From: Negaprion brevirostris
Taxonomy: Eukaryota
Direction: 5' to 3'
Assembly (NCBI GenBank): GCA_030324005.1
Contig: JARDVH010000130.1
Span: forward strand, 13,788,129-13,852,128
DNA: 64,000 bases
The notes beneath the pieces are model-generated. The model saw only the letters and a program-made list of their open reading frames with translations, did no database searches and was not told the DNA's origin. The translations under genes were made by a program, and so were the position numbers. Shown here one piece after another: positions 1 through 12,800 of the stretch (positions within the stretch are counted from its first letter, which is position 1; every line of letters starts with the position of its first letter).

Positions 1-85
1 CACTAATCCCTCAAACCTACGCATCTCAGGACACGAAGGGGCAATTTTAGCACGGCCAACCAACCTAATCTGCACATCTTTGGAC
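1..85 (-). mobile_element. HE1-like V-SINE fragment
   Basis: ggggcaattttagcacggccaac..cctaatctgcacatctttggac is the reverse complement of the V-domain 3' part. Confidence 0.8.
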
Positions 86-111
86 CATTTTGGGGGTCAC
101 CACTGAATAAA

Positions 112-440
112 AAATTAACTGGACCAGCCATATAAATACTGTAGACACAACAGCAGGTCATTTTGTGATAACTCACTTCCCAACTCCCTAAAACATGTCT
201 ACCATCCACAAGGCGCGCAACAGGAGCGCGATGGAGAACTCCCCATCTGCCTGATTGAGAGCAGTTCAAGACAAGGTAGTTTGCTTGATCAGGATCCTGC
301 TTACCAACCTAAAGATTCATCCCCACTAGCACTGGTGCACAGTGTAGCAGTATATATCACTGCAGTCACTCATCACAGTGCCTTTGATAGTGTCTTCTAA
401 AAACCAACAGAATGACAAGGGCAGCAGACATGTGAGGCTG
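112..440 (+). mobile_element. Degraded LINE 3' fragment (same family as 31600-32425)
   Basis: aactggaccagccatataaatactgt and later blocks are shared with 31790-32170. Confidence 0.6.
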
Positions 441-601
441 ACAAGCCACTGAAATCTGTGCTCACATTGGTGTGACTAAAAGAACCCACTGGCATGAAGA
501 GCTGGAAAATTCTGGCTTTGAGTGGGTTCAGCTGCTGACTAATCTACTGTTTCTCATCAATATTTTCAGATATAATTTTATACAAAAGTGTATCCACAAC
601 T

Positions 602-911
602 GTCACGGTGGCACAGTGGTTCGCTCTGCCTTCTCACAATGTCAATAACCCGGGTTCAATCCCATCCTCAGNNNNNNNNNNNNNNNNNNNNNNNNNNNNN
701 NNNNNNNNNNNNNNNNNNNNNNNNNNNNNNNNNNNNNNNNNNNGATGTGCGGTTTAGGTGGATTGGCCATGCTAAATTGTCCCTTAGTGTCAGAGGGATC
801 AGGAGGGTAAATATGTGAGGTTACGAGGATAGGACGGTATCTGAGTGGGATTGTTGTCGGTGTAGGCTCGATGGGCCAAATGGCCTCCCTCCGCACTGTG
901 GGGATTCTATG
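602..911 (+). mobile_element. HE1-like V-SINE, CR1/HER1-type tail
   Basis: tRNA head (ggtggcacagtggtt, ggttcaatccc), V-domain, tail atgggccaaatggcctcc..gcactgt..gattctatg. Confidence 0.9.
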
Positions 912-939
912 AGTCCTTCAAAATCAGATAAAAAGAGAG

Positions 940-1310
940 CAGCCTTCATGATATCAGGAAGTCCCAAAGCCTTCCACAACCACAATTAACTACTTCTGAT
1001 GTGCAGTCACTGTTGTAATACAGAGAAACATGGCAGCAAATCTGCACACAGCAAGGTCCCACAAACTGCACTGAAATTAGTGGCCAAATACTCTGCCATA
1101 ACGAAAGGATGATTGTTGATCAACAAACCAGGAAAACTTGCTCTTCTTTGAAAATTACTGTGTGAGTTTTTATATCCACTGGATATCACAAGAGTGGTGA
1201 CTTTGCTTCAGATCTCATCCAAAATGCAACACATGGGACAGCGCATGATACCCTCCGTGTGACACTAAAACGTTTACATGCGTTACATGCTCAAGAGCTT
1301 GAGTCCGCAA
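940..1310 (-). mobile_element. Ancient Deu-domain SINE (SacSINE1/AmnSINE1-like); other pieces at ~42300-42530, ~49235-49360, ~60600-60800 and 61110-61165
   Basis: gtcccaaagc..gtcactgttgtaat..cagcaaatctgcacacagcaaggtcccacaaac..gctcttctttgaaaat..tctcatccaaaa. Confidence 0.65.
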
Positions 1311-1691
1311 ATCATTCGGACACAGCATTAGAAGTGACAACAGTAAAGTCTGTTTCCTATAAATACAACTTTAGCAATAAGTACCATGAGAAAACTGCTG
1401 AATATTATTGTCACAAACATACAGTTGATAATAGGTATTAAGGACCCGCCAAACTGTAGTTCCTGCAATTATCTTGAATTATATTGAATTTCTCCATACT
1501 AATGGAACACAATAATTATATTAATTATTTTGCAATGTGTACATGGATACAGTATCAATTGGACATTAAAACAGAAATTCATATAAAGGTAATGTATTTA
1601 TATTTTTACTCACTGGGGATTTTAGTTGAAATATCCTTAGGCTTTGGCTGCATGAATCCATCAAGGGCCATGTTAGTTTCCTCTACTTCAT

Positions 1692-2345
1692 GCACAGGAA
1701 CAGGCTCTTCGGCCCACCAAGCCTGCACCAATATGCGGTTTCTATCCCTCTGTTCACCTTCTGTTCATGTGTCTAGCAAGATAAACCTTGAATGTTGCTA
1801 ACTTCCACCACCTCTAGGCAACCATCACCCTCTGTGTGAAAAACTTTACCCCGCATGCCTCCACTAAACTTAATCACCTTAAACCTGTGCCTTCTTGTGA
1901 TTGACCCTTCCACCTTGGGAAAAACCCTCTGACTATCTATCCTACCTACACCTTTCATAATTTTGTAAACTTCAGACTACCTCAGCCTCTGTCTCTCTAG
2001 TGAAAACAATCTGAGTTTATTCAATCTCTCCTCATACCTAAAACCCTTCAGACCAGGCAACATCCTAGTAAACCCTCTTTGCACCCTCTCCAAAGCATCC
2101 ACGCCCTTCTGGTGGTGTGGTGACCAGAATTGCCCCCGCAATATTCCAAATGCTGCCTAACTAAAGTTTGAAACATAACTTGCCAACTTTTATACTTGAT
2201 GCCCTGGTCAATGAAGGCAAGCATGCTGTATGCCCTCTTGACCATCTTATCCACCTGTGCTGCCAATTACAGGGATCCATGGACCTGAAAGCTCAGATCC
2301 CTCTGTATGTCAATGTTCCTCAGGGTTCTGCTAGTCACTGAGTAA
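1692..2345 (-). mobile_element. CR1/HER1 LINE 3' end
   Basis: Minus-strand ORFs give MAAQVDKMVKRAYSMLAFIDQGIKYKSWQVM..TLVRQHLEYC and FPKVEGSITRRHRFKV; CR1 3' UTR at ~1692-1730. Confidence 0.9.
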
Positions 2346-3073
2346 TTTACACCTGAATTTGATATTAAGAGGCACTAAGTTTTCATTTCTCAACCTGGAA
2401 ACATTCTGAATCAAAATGAGACACTGTTGAATGTCTTTTTNNNNNNNNNNACACAGATGGTAGCTAGAGCTCTCTGGAACAAAAAAAGCAAAAAGGTTTT
2501 TCACCTCTCAATTGCTTTTGTTTTATGTTAATGTTGTGCTGACTCAATTTTCTAATTGTCTGGACGATTCCTCACAGTCTTCAGATTACACATTCAGGTC
2601 AGGTATTATTTAATCTGTTTCCGTGAGCAGAAAACACAAAACGTTGCCTGTGATGCAAGTCTCTCCTCCCATTTACTTTGTCAATCCCACTGTCATTTTT
2701 TTTCCTAAATGTAGCATTTGTGTAAAGCGAGGATGGTCGTCATGTCCAAGTTTCAGCTTTTGCCTCGGTTGAAGTATTCCATCAATTTAAATATAACTCA
2801 AGCCAAGCATTTCTCCTGGATCTTGACAACTTTCAATCATAAAATGTGAAACTGTGTTAAAAGAACGATCCATTCGGATTGAATCTACTGGCATTTGAGT
2901 GGAATATGATTTGTCAAAGTGGTGAGAGATAATGGGCTGGATATTCCCCTTGGGAACTTGTTTGGTGAATCGAGCTGTTTTATCGTTTGCAAACTGCACC
3001 CCCAACTGACGTGTGACCTTTGCACGATTTTTAATCTTCTCCCACAAGGTTCGGGTTTGCGGTGCAGTTTCTG

Positions 3074-3338
3074 ATGGTGGCACAGTGGTTAGCAATGCTG
3101 CCTCACAGCTCCAGGGACCTAGGTTCAATTCCCGGCATGAGTCACTATCTACGCGGATTCTGCACATTCACCCCGTGTCTGCATGGGTTTCCTCCCAGTC
3201 AGATGAATTGGACATGCTAAATTCACCCTCAGTGTACCTGAACAGGTGCGGCCTGTGGGCGACTAGGAGATTTTCACAGTAACTTCATTGTAGCGTTAAT
3301 GTAAGCCTACTTGTGACACTAAGAAATAATAATAATAA
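3074..3338 (+). mobile_element. V-SINE, alternative (Rex1-like) tail subfamily
   Basis: HE1 head plus tail ggcgactaggagattttcacagtaacttcattg..gtaagcctacttgtgacact. Confidence 0.85.
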
Positions 3339-4584
3339 AGAAGAGCAAGCTGCTATGAGAGGAGTGTGGGGCAGGCTGGCGAGAGGGCACCTTGGTTCTC
3401 AGTAACAGTCGGCATCCAACATGGTTTGAAGGCCCCTTAAAGATAACCTTTTGCCTTTCATATTCTCTCACCCAACCACTGTCACTCCAAGTGCCCTCCA
3501 CGCATCCTCCATATCCACTCACACAGTGTCCACTTTGTGCATTCCTTGCATTCCACACAATATCAATGGAAAATACTGTACTTTTCTTGAAGAAAAGTAT
3601 AAATCTCTCACCGTCTAATAAAAACTTTCATCAAACACTCTTACTGATGACACTGAGAATAAATGCATTCTGCCATGTGAAAAAACTGTATAATACTTGT
3701 AATTTTAGTAGATTGTGTCAAGAAACCACAATCCACATCAAAGGCTTAACCTGTTATTAAAACCTCTTAAATTGCAGTTCATTCTCAGATGAATTGGACA
3801 CTGCTGTACTGAAACCTTGGCACGAGCATTCATAATGGCCTCAGCTGTCCAAACACTGGAGAACTCTCCAAGGTGGAAGTAATAATGCCACTGATAGATG
3901 GTGTGAGGTGATGAAAAAATTCAGACCTCCAAAAGAAGTGTGGCCATTACTGCACTGAAATGCATTATGGCTCAGTGTTGCACAGGTGCACAGCAATCGA
4001 GGATGCCATGCAGAGGGCAAAATGAGTGGCACACAAACCTTGATCCCAGATGAATGACCAGATGATAATCTCAAAGGCAGCGTGAGAAAAGTAGAGGGAA
4101 CATTGGTACGAATAAGCTTGTACGCAGCACAGACACCAGAATCGACCTGTTGGGCTCCGTGGTATTCTATTGTCGGAATTTTACCATCTCACCCACCCGA
4201 GGCCAAGAGAACGCTGTTCGAAAAATCTCACCTGCCCCGATTCCGGACAGGTGTGCCAGTATTAATGATTATAAGTTGTTAAAATAAAAGTCACTCTCCC
4301 CAGTTGTTCAGCTAACAAGAAGCATTTACAACATAACTGTTTGGTCATGCTGGAGGGACTGCTATTCCTCTGGGAGTCTAGACTGTGGAGCAATTATAAA
4401 GTAAACATTTCATCTGTCAACAGGAGCTTATACAGTCAGCTTTAATCCACAGCAGTTATCAATTCGCGATAAGTAAATGTTGACTTCAGCTGAGGGATTT
4501 TAGAATTGCCTAGGCAGCGCACACAGTACAGGTGCACAAAGTCTGCAACCAGGCATTACATTCCCCTTGTCACAACAACAACTC

Positions 4585-5420
4585 ATATTCATATAGCAAC
4601 TTTAACAGAGGACAACATCCCAAAGGTGCTTTACAGATGGGCAATCAGCATCAGACAAAATAATGACACTGAGTCAAACAATGGCACATCTCAACAGATG
4701 GCAAACAATTTGTCAAAGAGACAGGTTTGAAAAAGCAGAAAGCAGGTGCGAAATTCAGGGAGAAGATTCCAGACTTTGGCTGCTGCTAACGAGTGAAAAG
4801 AGGTCAGAATTGGAAGTTCTGTCAGAATTGTCAGACTGAAGATGTTACAGAAATAAAGAGCCTGTGAGGGATTTGAATAGGAGGATAAGAATGTTAACTT
4901 TGAGGCGTTGCTTGATTTGATTTATTATTGTCACTTGTATTGGTATACAGTGAAAAGTATTGTTTCTTGCACGCTATACAGACAAAGCGTACTATTGATA
5001 GAAAAAGAAACAAGTGAGTGCAGAATGTAGTGTTACAGTTATAGCTAGGGTGTAGAGAAAGATCAAGTTAATGCAAGGTAAGTCCAGTCAAAAGTCTAAT
5101 GGCAGCAGGGAAGAAGCTGCTGTTCTTGCTGGACCAGGAGCCAATGTCCATCAACACGTGCTGAGGTGAAGGGACAGGAATTCAGGTGCAAGACAAGATT
5201 CAGAGAACACAGAATTCTGGATGAGTCCAAGTTGGAAAATAGGAGGCCAGTGAGAAGAATATTGGAATAGTACAACATGGAAGCAATAATGAGGTTTTGA
5301 GCAGTAGATGGAGATGAACAAAAGCAGTGAAGAGGAAAATATGAATTTGTTAACTCAACACGGGGCCAAATAGGACTGGGACATACTGGAGAAGCAGACT
5401 GAGAATGCATAGATCATTAT
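4585..5420 (-). mobile_element. Old L2-type LINE 3' region interrupted by a Rex1 tail
   Basis: cattcatatagcaactttaac..catcccaaaggtgctttacag; minus strand LYYSNILLTGL resembles L2 LDYxNxLLxGL. Confidence 0.6.
4913..5130 (-). mobile_element. Rex1/Babar LINE 3' end
   Basis: tgatttgatttattattgtcac..atacagtgaaaagtattgtttcttgc, the same tail as the RT-bearing copy at 58720-59648; ttgct on both sides may be a TSD. Confidence 0.85.
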
Positions 5421-6130
5421 TCAACATATGTATAGAAAGGCCCACCTACAAATCACACATTAACCTCATCCATGAATGGGTAAAGCATTAAACATGAGAT
5501 TCCCACTTTGTTCCTAAACCCCTCACTTCTGCTGCCATTTAGCAGTTGAATTCCAGCAGTGTCACCATCACGTGACGCAAGAAGGTCATTCTTAAAAGTT
5601 GACGCTCAATGATATCTGCCAGACTCCAAGGTGACCAAGGTCAAGCAGGGTATTAAATCAAGAGCATTGTGCCAAATTTGGAAGATTTCACTTGAGGGAA
5701 CACATGAAGGCTTTTGAGAGAGTCTGGAATAGATTTATGAGAATGGTTCTAGAGTTGAGGGACTTGCAGCTCATACAGTGATAAAATGTACTTTTAGCCA
5801 ACCAAGAGACTCTCAGAAGATTGGCAAAATGTGATTGCCATAATAACAATAAAGAAACCCAGAAGTGAAACTATGTGTAGGTAGCGGGAGGGAGGGGAAT
5901 GGTCAATGTTGCTGACACAATAATGTTGCAAAACTGTCTTTTACACTGCACATTCAAATATAATTACAAAAATTGAAGCAAAGTATTGCATTTTGGCCAA
6001 TGATTCTGTTGCTGAAACTTACTGCTTCAATTCTTACCCCCCTTCTGTCAATTTACACCTTTCTGTGCTTATTGCCATCTTTAAATAACAAAGAGAATTC
6101 AAGTGGCTAAACATCAAAGTTCTTGCCTAT

Positions 6131-6329
6131 GTGATTTGATTTATTATTGTCGTATGTATTAGTATACAGTGAAAAGTTATTGTTTCTTGCACGCTGTACA
6201 GACAGAGCATACTGTTCACCAAGAAGGAAAGGAGAGGGTGCAGAGTGTGGTGTGACAGTCATTGCTAGGGTGTAGAGAAAGATCAACTCAATGTAAGGTA
6301 GGTCCATTCATAATTCTGATGGCAGCAGC
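6131..6329 (-). mobile_element. Rex1/Babar LINE 3' end
   Basis: Same tail sequence as 58720-58920. Confidence 0.85.
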
Positions 6330-7148
6330 TGAACACTTGCAAACATAAACTGCACCGATATTAAAAACAACTAAAAATTGAGGCTGGTGCTGGGATTGCA
6401 CAGAAAGGATTCATTGCCATGGTAACATGCTGGCTTCGTTAGGTATATATAGCTATACTTCATTTGTCACAGAGGTCACCAGCTACCACAGAAAGAAGTG
6501 TGAGCGATAGCTACAAGGGGAAAAAGTCAGGATGTCTGAATATGTTCAAAAACTTCAGTGTATGGATAACTTTGTACACCTCTCAAATATATCGTAGCTT
6601 GCTCAAACATTGTTCATTCTTCATTTAGCATCTTGAGTTCCCTGGGGCTGAGCAAGGAGAGTTGCATAGAAACATTTATTTCCAGTCAGAACGGAAATTG
6701 TGGATGCCTGCATGCAGCTTATAATTCATAAATTTAAAAGGGGTACCTTTGCAAACCTTTATAGTGCAGAAATGTTGTCCAATGTCTAAGCAATATTTAT
6801 ACACAGTTCCACCTAAATTTGGACACAATTTTCTTGGCTTATGTTTTCTAGTTTAGTTTTGAGTTACATGGCATATATTTTCACCAATGAAGTGCTGCTC
6901 TTACAAATTAAGTTAAGATTTATTTTGCCTCTAACATAAACATGTGCCACATTTACTTTATTTAGGATTGTTGAGAATATTCTTAGTAGGCAGCCATGCA
7001 ATAAGGTCATTAAAGTTTAACCTCTTGGCACTGTGGTGGCCAACCGTGGAGAAACAGGTCAGAGATTACAAGATTTAAATAAGGTTCTCTTTGTGATATT
7101 CTGGCAGCCATTTAAAATTTAATGCTGGCCGGCCAGGACGCCCAGGCT

Positions 7149-7468
7149 TCATAGAATCATAGAAACCCTACGGTACAGAAAGAAACCATTCGGCCCATCG
7201 AGTCTGCACTGACCAAATATGTTATTTACATATTTACACACTAACCCCTCTAACCTACGCACCTCAGAACACTAAGGGCAATTTTAGCATGGCCAATCAA
7301 CCTAACCCGCACATCTGTGGGAGGAAACTGGAGCACCTGGAGGAAACCCACGCAGACACGAAGAGAATGTGCAAACTCCACACAGACAGTGACCTAAGCT
7401 GGGAATTGAACCCAGGTCCCTGGAGTTGTAAAGCAGCAGTGCTAACTCTGTGCTACCCGTGCCGCCCA
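7149..7468 (-). mobile_element. HE1-like V-SINE, CR1-type tail
   Basis: catagaatcatagaaaccctac..ggaggaaactggagcacctggaggaaacccacgcagacac..gaattgaacccagg. Confidence 0.9.
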
Positions 7469-7589
7469 ATATGCAATATGCAATAATATGCAATACTGTG
7501 AACTCACAGGGCCCACTTCTCATCTGATTGAACATACTATTGTGCCAACATGTTACTGGATCTATCCTGCCAGTTGGACAGGACATAGC

Positions 7590-9320
7590 TCAGGATGATA
7601 ATGGAGAAGTCTAGAGTGATAGATATGCTATGAGTATGAATAAGGTAGGCCTATTAAAGAATTAATAATAACCTGTGTAACAGCTCTCCTAACCAGGACA
7701 CCAATCACCAAGTTTTGGTGAGGATGGCTGAGCAGGATTAACTAGGCCTGGAGAGTGATAGGAAAGTGAGGACGCCTGGGAGAGAAGGAACAGCTGGAAA
7801 TGCAGGGGGGTTTCCTCAGATAGAAAGGATGATGCAAGGCCAGGAGGCCTGTGTGATTTTACTGCTGTACAGTAGGACATCTCTGTGCTGGAAGGTGTGG
7901 GATTTATCAGGGCACATAACCTTGCATAGAAAATGTGAATCAGTCAGAGGGCATAGCAGGACAGGTAAATCCCTGTAGATGCACTATTGAGAATATGGGT
8001 GAGTTTAAACAAATTTCTGACTGTTGAAAGGATTTTGCATCAGAAGAGTTGTCAAACAGGGTGAGGCGGGTAAGCCTATTGTGATAGCGAAGGATACAAA
8101 GGCCTGCCAAACATTATTGCTGGGAAAAGGCATATCCTTTCCATCAGACAGTGTACTAAGTGCCAAGATATTGTTGGGAAAGGGTATTGAAGGAAAGTAC
8201 ATGCCCCACCCCTTTGTAACTGGATGCACCTGGAGAGCAGCTTTGTGTCAAGATTGGTGACCAGGGAATCGTCGCCAGTTCTCCTGTGGACGGGGTTGAC
8301 CTGCTCCTTGGCAGGGTCAGAAGTGATAACATCTCCAGCGCTCTCATAGGAGCCGAACGAGGTCAAGGAGACAGAACAGCTGCAGGAGAACGTGTCTGGC
8401 ATTTTCCCTGACTGTGTGCTAACCCAGTCTGTGGCCAGACAAGCCCCGTCAGAGGAAGCTGAAGTGGCATTGCAGACAGAAAACCACCCAGTCTGGTTAT
8501 CTGAAACCTTTTCTGGGAGCCTAGAAGGCTCTAAGGAGGTAAAAAATAGATCCTCCTTGGTAACCGCCTAGCAATCTGACCCACAATTAAAAACATTAGC
8601 TCAGACTGCTCACACTGACGGTAAGGCCGCTCACACTCACACTGAATCATTGATTAATAAAATCCATACAGTGAAGAAGGAGGCTATTCAGCCCATCAAG
8701 TCTGCACCAACCACAATCCCACTAAGGCCCTATTCCCGTAACTCCACATATTTACCCTGCTAGTCCCCTAACACTAGGGTCAACTTAGCATGGCCTATCA
8801 ACCTAACCTGCACATCTTTGGACTGTGGGAGGAAATTGGATAGCCCAAGGAAACCCTCGCAGACACAGGGAGAATGTGCAGACTCTGCACAGAGAGTGAC
8901 CCAAGGCCTGAAATGAACTCTGGTCCCTGACGCTGTGAGGCAGCAGTGCTAACTACTGTGCCATAGGAAGGCCAAGGCACAGGCCGTCCCTGGATGCTAC
9001 GACAGTAAAAATGAGGTATTGATGAGTAAATGGAGACTCCACCCCCTACCCCCCTTCCTCCCCCGTCTCACAGACCTGCAATGATCAATAATCCACTAAG
9101 AAGTGGTGCCGCCGAGGTACCGTGGGGAAATGCTGTGGCTAGCTCATGGATTTCTGATGGCTAGGCATGTTGGTATACGCAAACCTCAAGCTCGCATCAG
9201 CCAACATGTTTACTGGCCACACATCCATAGGGATGTCGTCAGATTTTGTAGAACCGGTAAAGATCAGCCTGCAGTAAAAGCGGTATGTATGCTAACTCTT
9301 GGAGAATCACTCAGCAAGGA
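7590..9320 (+). mobile_element. Degenerate Gypsy LTR-retrotransposon, Gmr1-like (protease followed by integrase Zn finger)
   Basis: KPIVIAKDTKACQTLLL (cf. PVxILRDTGASQSLLL), DGVDLLLG at ~8290-8315, then VVPPRYRGEMLWLAH..HVGIRKPQARISQHVYWPHIHRDVVRFCRT (H2C2 integrase) at 9103-9255. Confidence 0.8.
8650..8965 (-). mobile_element. HE1-like V-SINE nested in the Gypsy remnant
   Basis: Complete reverse-complement head, V-domain and CR1-type tail. Confidence 0.85.
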
Positions 9321-9521
9321 NNNNNNNNNNNNNNNNNNNNNNNNNNNNNNNNNNNNNNNNNNNNNNNNNNNNNNNNNNNNNNNNNNNNNNNNNNNNNNNN
9401 NNNNNNNNNNNNNNNNNNNNGAGAATGTGCAAACTCCACACAGTGACCCAAACCAGGAATTGAACCCAGGTCCCTGGAGCTGTGAAGCAGCAGTGCTAAC
9501 CACTATGCTACCATGCCACCC
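9321..9521 (-). mobile_element. HE1-like V-SINE, partly N-masked
   Basis: gagaatgtgcaaactccacacagtgacccaa..gaattgaacccaggtccctgg..cagcagtgctaaccact. Confidence 0.8.
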
Positions 9522-11415
9522 AAAACTTCACAAAGCTTGCAGCTAAAGGGGGGTAGAAACAGCTGGATTCAATGCTTTATTTGACAGCATTCCTCGTGGG
9601 CCAAGAGGAGCAGGAGTGCTTCCACCACCACACCCCATCCCACCTGACACCCTCACTCTTCAAGTAACCTTTTGCCCCTCCAAACCTACAGTCTTTCCCA
9701 ACCCTCCTCCCCCGCAGTTACCAGTCAAATCAACACCCCCACCCACAAAAAGCCCACAATGTTTCCTGCCAACCCCCATCCCCAAGTGATCATCCATCTG
9801 ACTGCACAGCCTCCAACCCAATATCTTTTCCCGTTTCCTTACAACTTTCTGGATCCCCCTCACCCATCAACCTGCAATATTTTGCAGTGCGCCACATCTT
9901 GAGTGGCAGTTCAACTCCGCCACCCCATTCCCCTGCAACGTTCCTGTCACTTGGAGATGAACCTAAGCTCTGCTGCTGGATTACTGCTACCCAACAGCCA
10001 AACCAGACTGTCTATCTAGTCAAAAACTGGGTTTGAAGCAAAGTTAAAAAAAATGATAAGGAGCTCCTGCTGTTGATTTAAGCAGGACCCGCACATTCCA
10101 GGCACTTCTATGTTTTGCCAAGCAACACACGCCCAACTCCCTTCCTGCGAATATTTGGACCAAATTCCTTCATACACATTATTAAAAATATTTTCCATAA
10201 CATTTTCTGCATATAAAATTACACCCCTTTGCAGTATCAACCTGTATTTCACAGTCATTTCCTTTAACCAGTATTCTTTGCCTAAACTATGTAACCTAAC
10301 ATAATGTCATCCCAATTTCCAAAACACTTCCATTAATATTATTACTGTTCCTACATAATCCATCGATAACTCATTCTTCACGCAGAATGTAATCATTATC
10401 CAACAACAAGCCCACTGGATTTCCTGTGAACAACACAATGGGAAGCTAAAGAGGAAAAAAATAACTCTGCAATGATAACACTGTTTCCCGATCGCTGGTT
10501 GACACGGCCTTTCTAAAGATAAGACAGGAATCTCCAGGAGTGCCAACTTTTGCAGAGGATCCCTCCTGGGAGCGTGTCAATATTTGCAGCGGAAATGTTT
10601 TAAACCACTGCTTTAACAGGTCGCTGAGGCAGAATATATTGATCTCAATGCTCTTTCAGAGCAATGTCATGGCCCTTTCTAGAGTATTTTAATTAAACGC
10701 TGCCCTCTCCATCAAAGCTACAGTGACTATTTGACAGCACCTGGGATTTGAAGGGAAATACTGCTCCATTAAAAAGCAAAACATTCCTGAGAATTTAGCA
10801 ATTTGAGGAAGACAAATTGTATGAAAATCTTTTCCTTCTGCTCACTGCTTCAGACCATTTAATAAAAATAAACCCATTGTTTGGAGCGCATTTCTATGAC
10901 AATAATAAAACAGTCACTTTATTAATGAGCTGCTCGTGTCAGTAACGAAAAGCACAGAGTGAAAGGTACATTCATATATTCTTTTTCATTTTGTTATACA
11001 GTATTCAAAGGGTTACTAGATAATTTATTTCTCTTAAAAGAAACTTACTGGCACATCAAACCTATGATAGGACAGAATCATGTATTCTATGAGCATAATT
11101 AATATTTCAATGACATTACATCACCTCTGTTCCATTTACCGTACACAGTGGTGATACGTTCAAACATTCTTAACTGCATAATATCCAGAATCAACCTCTT
11201 ACACCTCACATGCACTTAAAATCTAAAACCTGTATTTCTGGTTCTTTGTTACAAGTTGTGTGTTGCTTTTGTTATAATAAATTCTATTGAGCATTATTTA
11301 TACAGGACACTGTCCTAAAGGAATTATTCACACTGTAATAATGTCCTTCAACCAGTGGTGGCACTTGATTGCTTCCATGTGGTACTCTCCAGCTCCCCAA
11401 TCCCTGCAAAAACAC

Positions 11416-12800
11416 TCCTGAATTTGGGGCTGGCAGGGTCTCTCTTCCCCCCATACAAAGAGTTCCCCATCGATTCCGTTGCCCACTGCCAATTCCTGCT
11501 CGAATCAGAGGGCTAGCTGCTCTCTATTGCTTGGCAGTTCTCTAGCCCGTGTAGCGACAGGAGTGGCAGTGGATAGAACAGGAAAAGCTTCAGGATGCCT
11601 GAGCCTATTTCTCGGCAATGGGGGCCAAGGAAAGTTCAAGGCGTTCCCGGGGCAGGGGGGTAGGGAGGGACACAACTAGGGGTGACCAGGGTGTCATGGG
11701 AGAGGCCTGGGGAAGTGAGATCCAGTGAAGTCACCACTCCCCTTTAGGCCCAAAGTCAGAAGGGGGCATTTAATGGGAGCACAAACCCCTGCCTCCTACC
11801 CACACAATATCTAGGCCCACTCTTCTTCGGACTTTCCCCCTCCTCTCTCTCCCCAGACAGCCCAAAAATTAAGGCTGGATGGGAAACGGCCCTTAAGTGG
11901 CAATTAATTAGCTGCTATGGATGTCAACTAGAGCAAGAATACGCCTTGCCCAATCCAATGCAAAATTGCTGCTTGGTTAGGTGGGCAGGAATCCAGAAGG
12001 TATCCCCTCCCTTCAATATTCACCCCCTTCCCCTTCACCCACCCACCCCCCAACCTCAGGTTTGCGGTCGGGGAATGTAAAATTCTAGCTCTGGATATTA
12101 CTTCCTAAATTCCTAATAAGGAAAGGATTTATTTCAGTTCTCACCCGCCCCATTCACACAGCCATTTTACGCTGGGATGGGTAAGGCCGAGGATAGGAAG
12201 ATCAGTCTTGCCCCAGTTGGGGGCCCTTACACAGCCAATTAATGGTCTCTTAAAGGTCATTTCCCACCCAACCTCAATTGTTGGGCTGGTGAGGGGGGTT
12301 TACCTGGTGTTGGCAGTGGTGGGGGTAGGGAGCCCAGGAGGGCATGGGGGTTAATCTCCATCAAAAGCCTCATTCTGACTTCAGGCAGGATGCAGTCCAG
12401 TGACAGGTGAACCTTCCCTACTCACACCAGCCTTTTCCCCATCATTCCATCACCACCTTCGTATCCCACCTGGCCATCCCTACCCTCCTGCCCTAGGACC
12501 CCTTAAACTTGCATCAGACACCTTCAAGCACTTCAGCTCCTATCACTGCAGGAACCAGAGAGATGTCAGCTAATCCAATCAGTCAGTTGTTCCCTAAGGT
12601 GACACTTCCTCCCAAGTGTAACTCCTCACGTTCTATGATGGGCCAGCATTGTGGGCTTAAGGTTTCTGCAGAGGTGGACGCTTGTACGTCCTCATGAAGC
12701 AGAAACAAGCCATTTGACTCAACTGTTCCATGTATAGGTACAGCTCTCCAATGGTACAGCTCTCCAATGGTGGAAATCCCACCCGGAGCTACTTAACTCT
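11416..12800. mobile_element. Two adjacent GC-rich TIR-type (MITE / non-autonomous DNA transposon) remnants
   Basis: Ends ctgaattt..gtaaaattctagc at ~11418-12090; a second related element starts at ~12120; shared internal motifs cccttaagtggcaattaat / gccaattaatggtctcttaa. Confidence 0.5.
12615..12771 (+). repeat. Inverted repeat arm A (partner 14216-14372)
   Basis: 157 bp; about 13 mismatches to the reverse complement of 14216-14372, counted by eye. Confidence 0.95.

Noticed and set aside
602-670. tRNA-like A and B boxes at many positions
   Set aside because: They are SINE heads followed by the V-domain, not cloverleaf tRNA genes.
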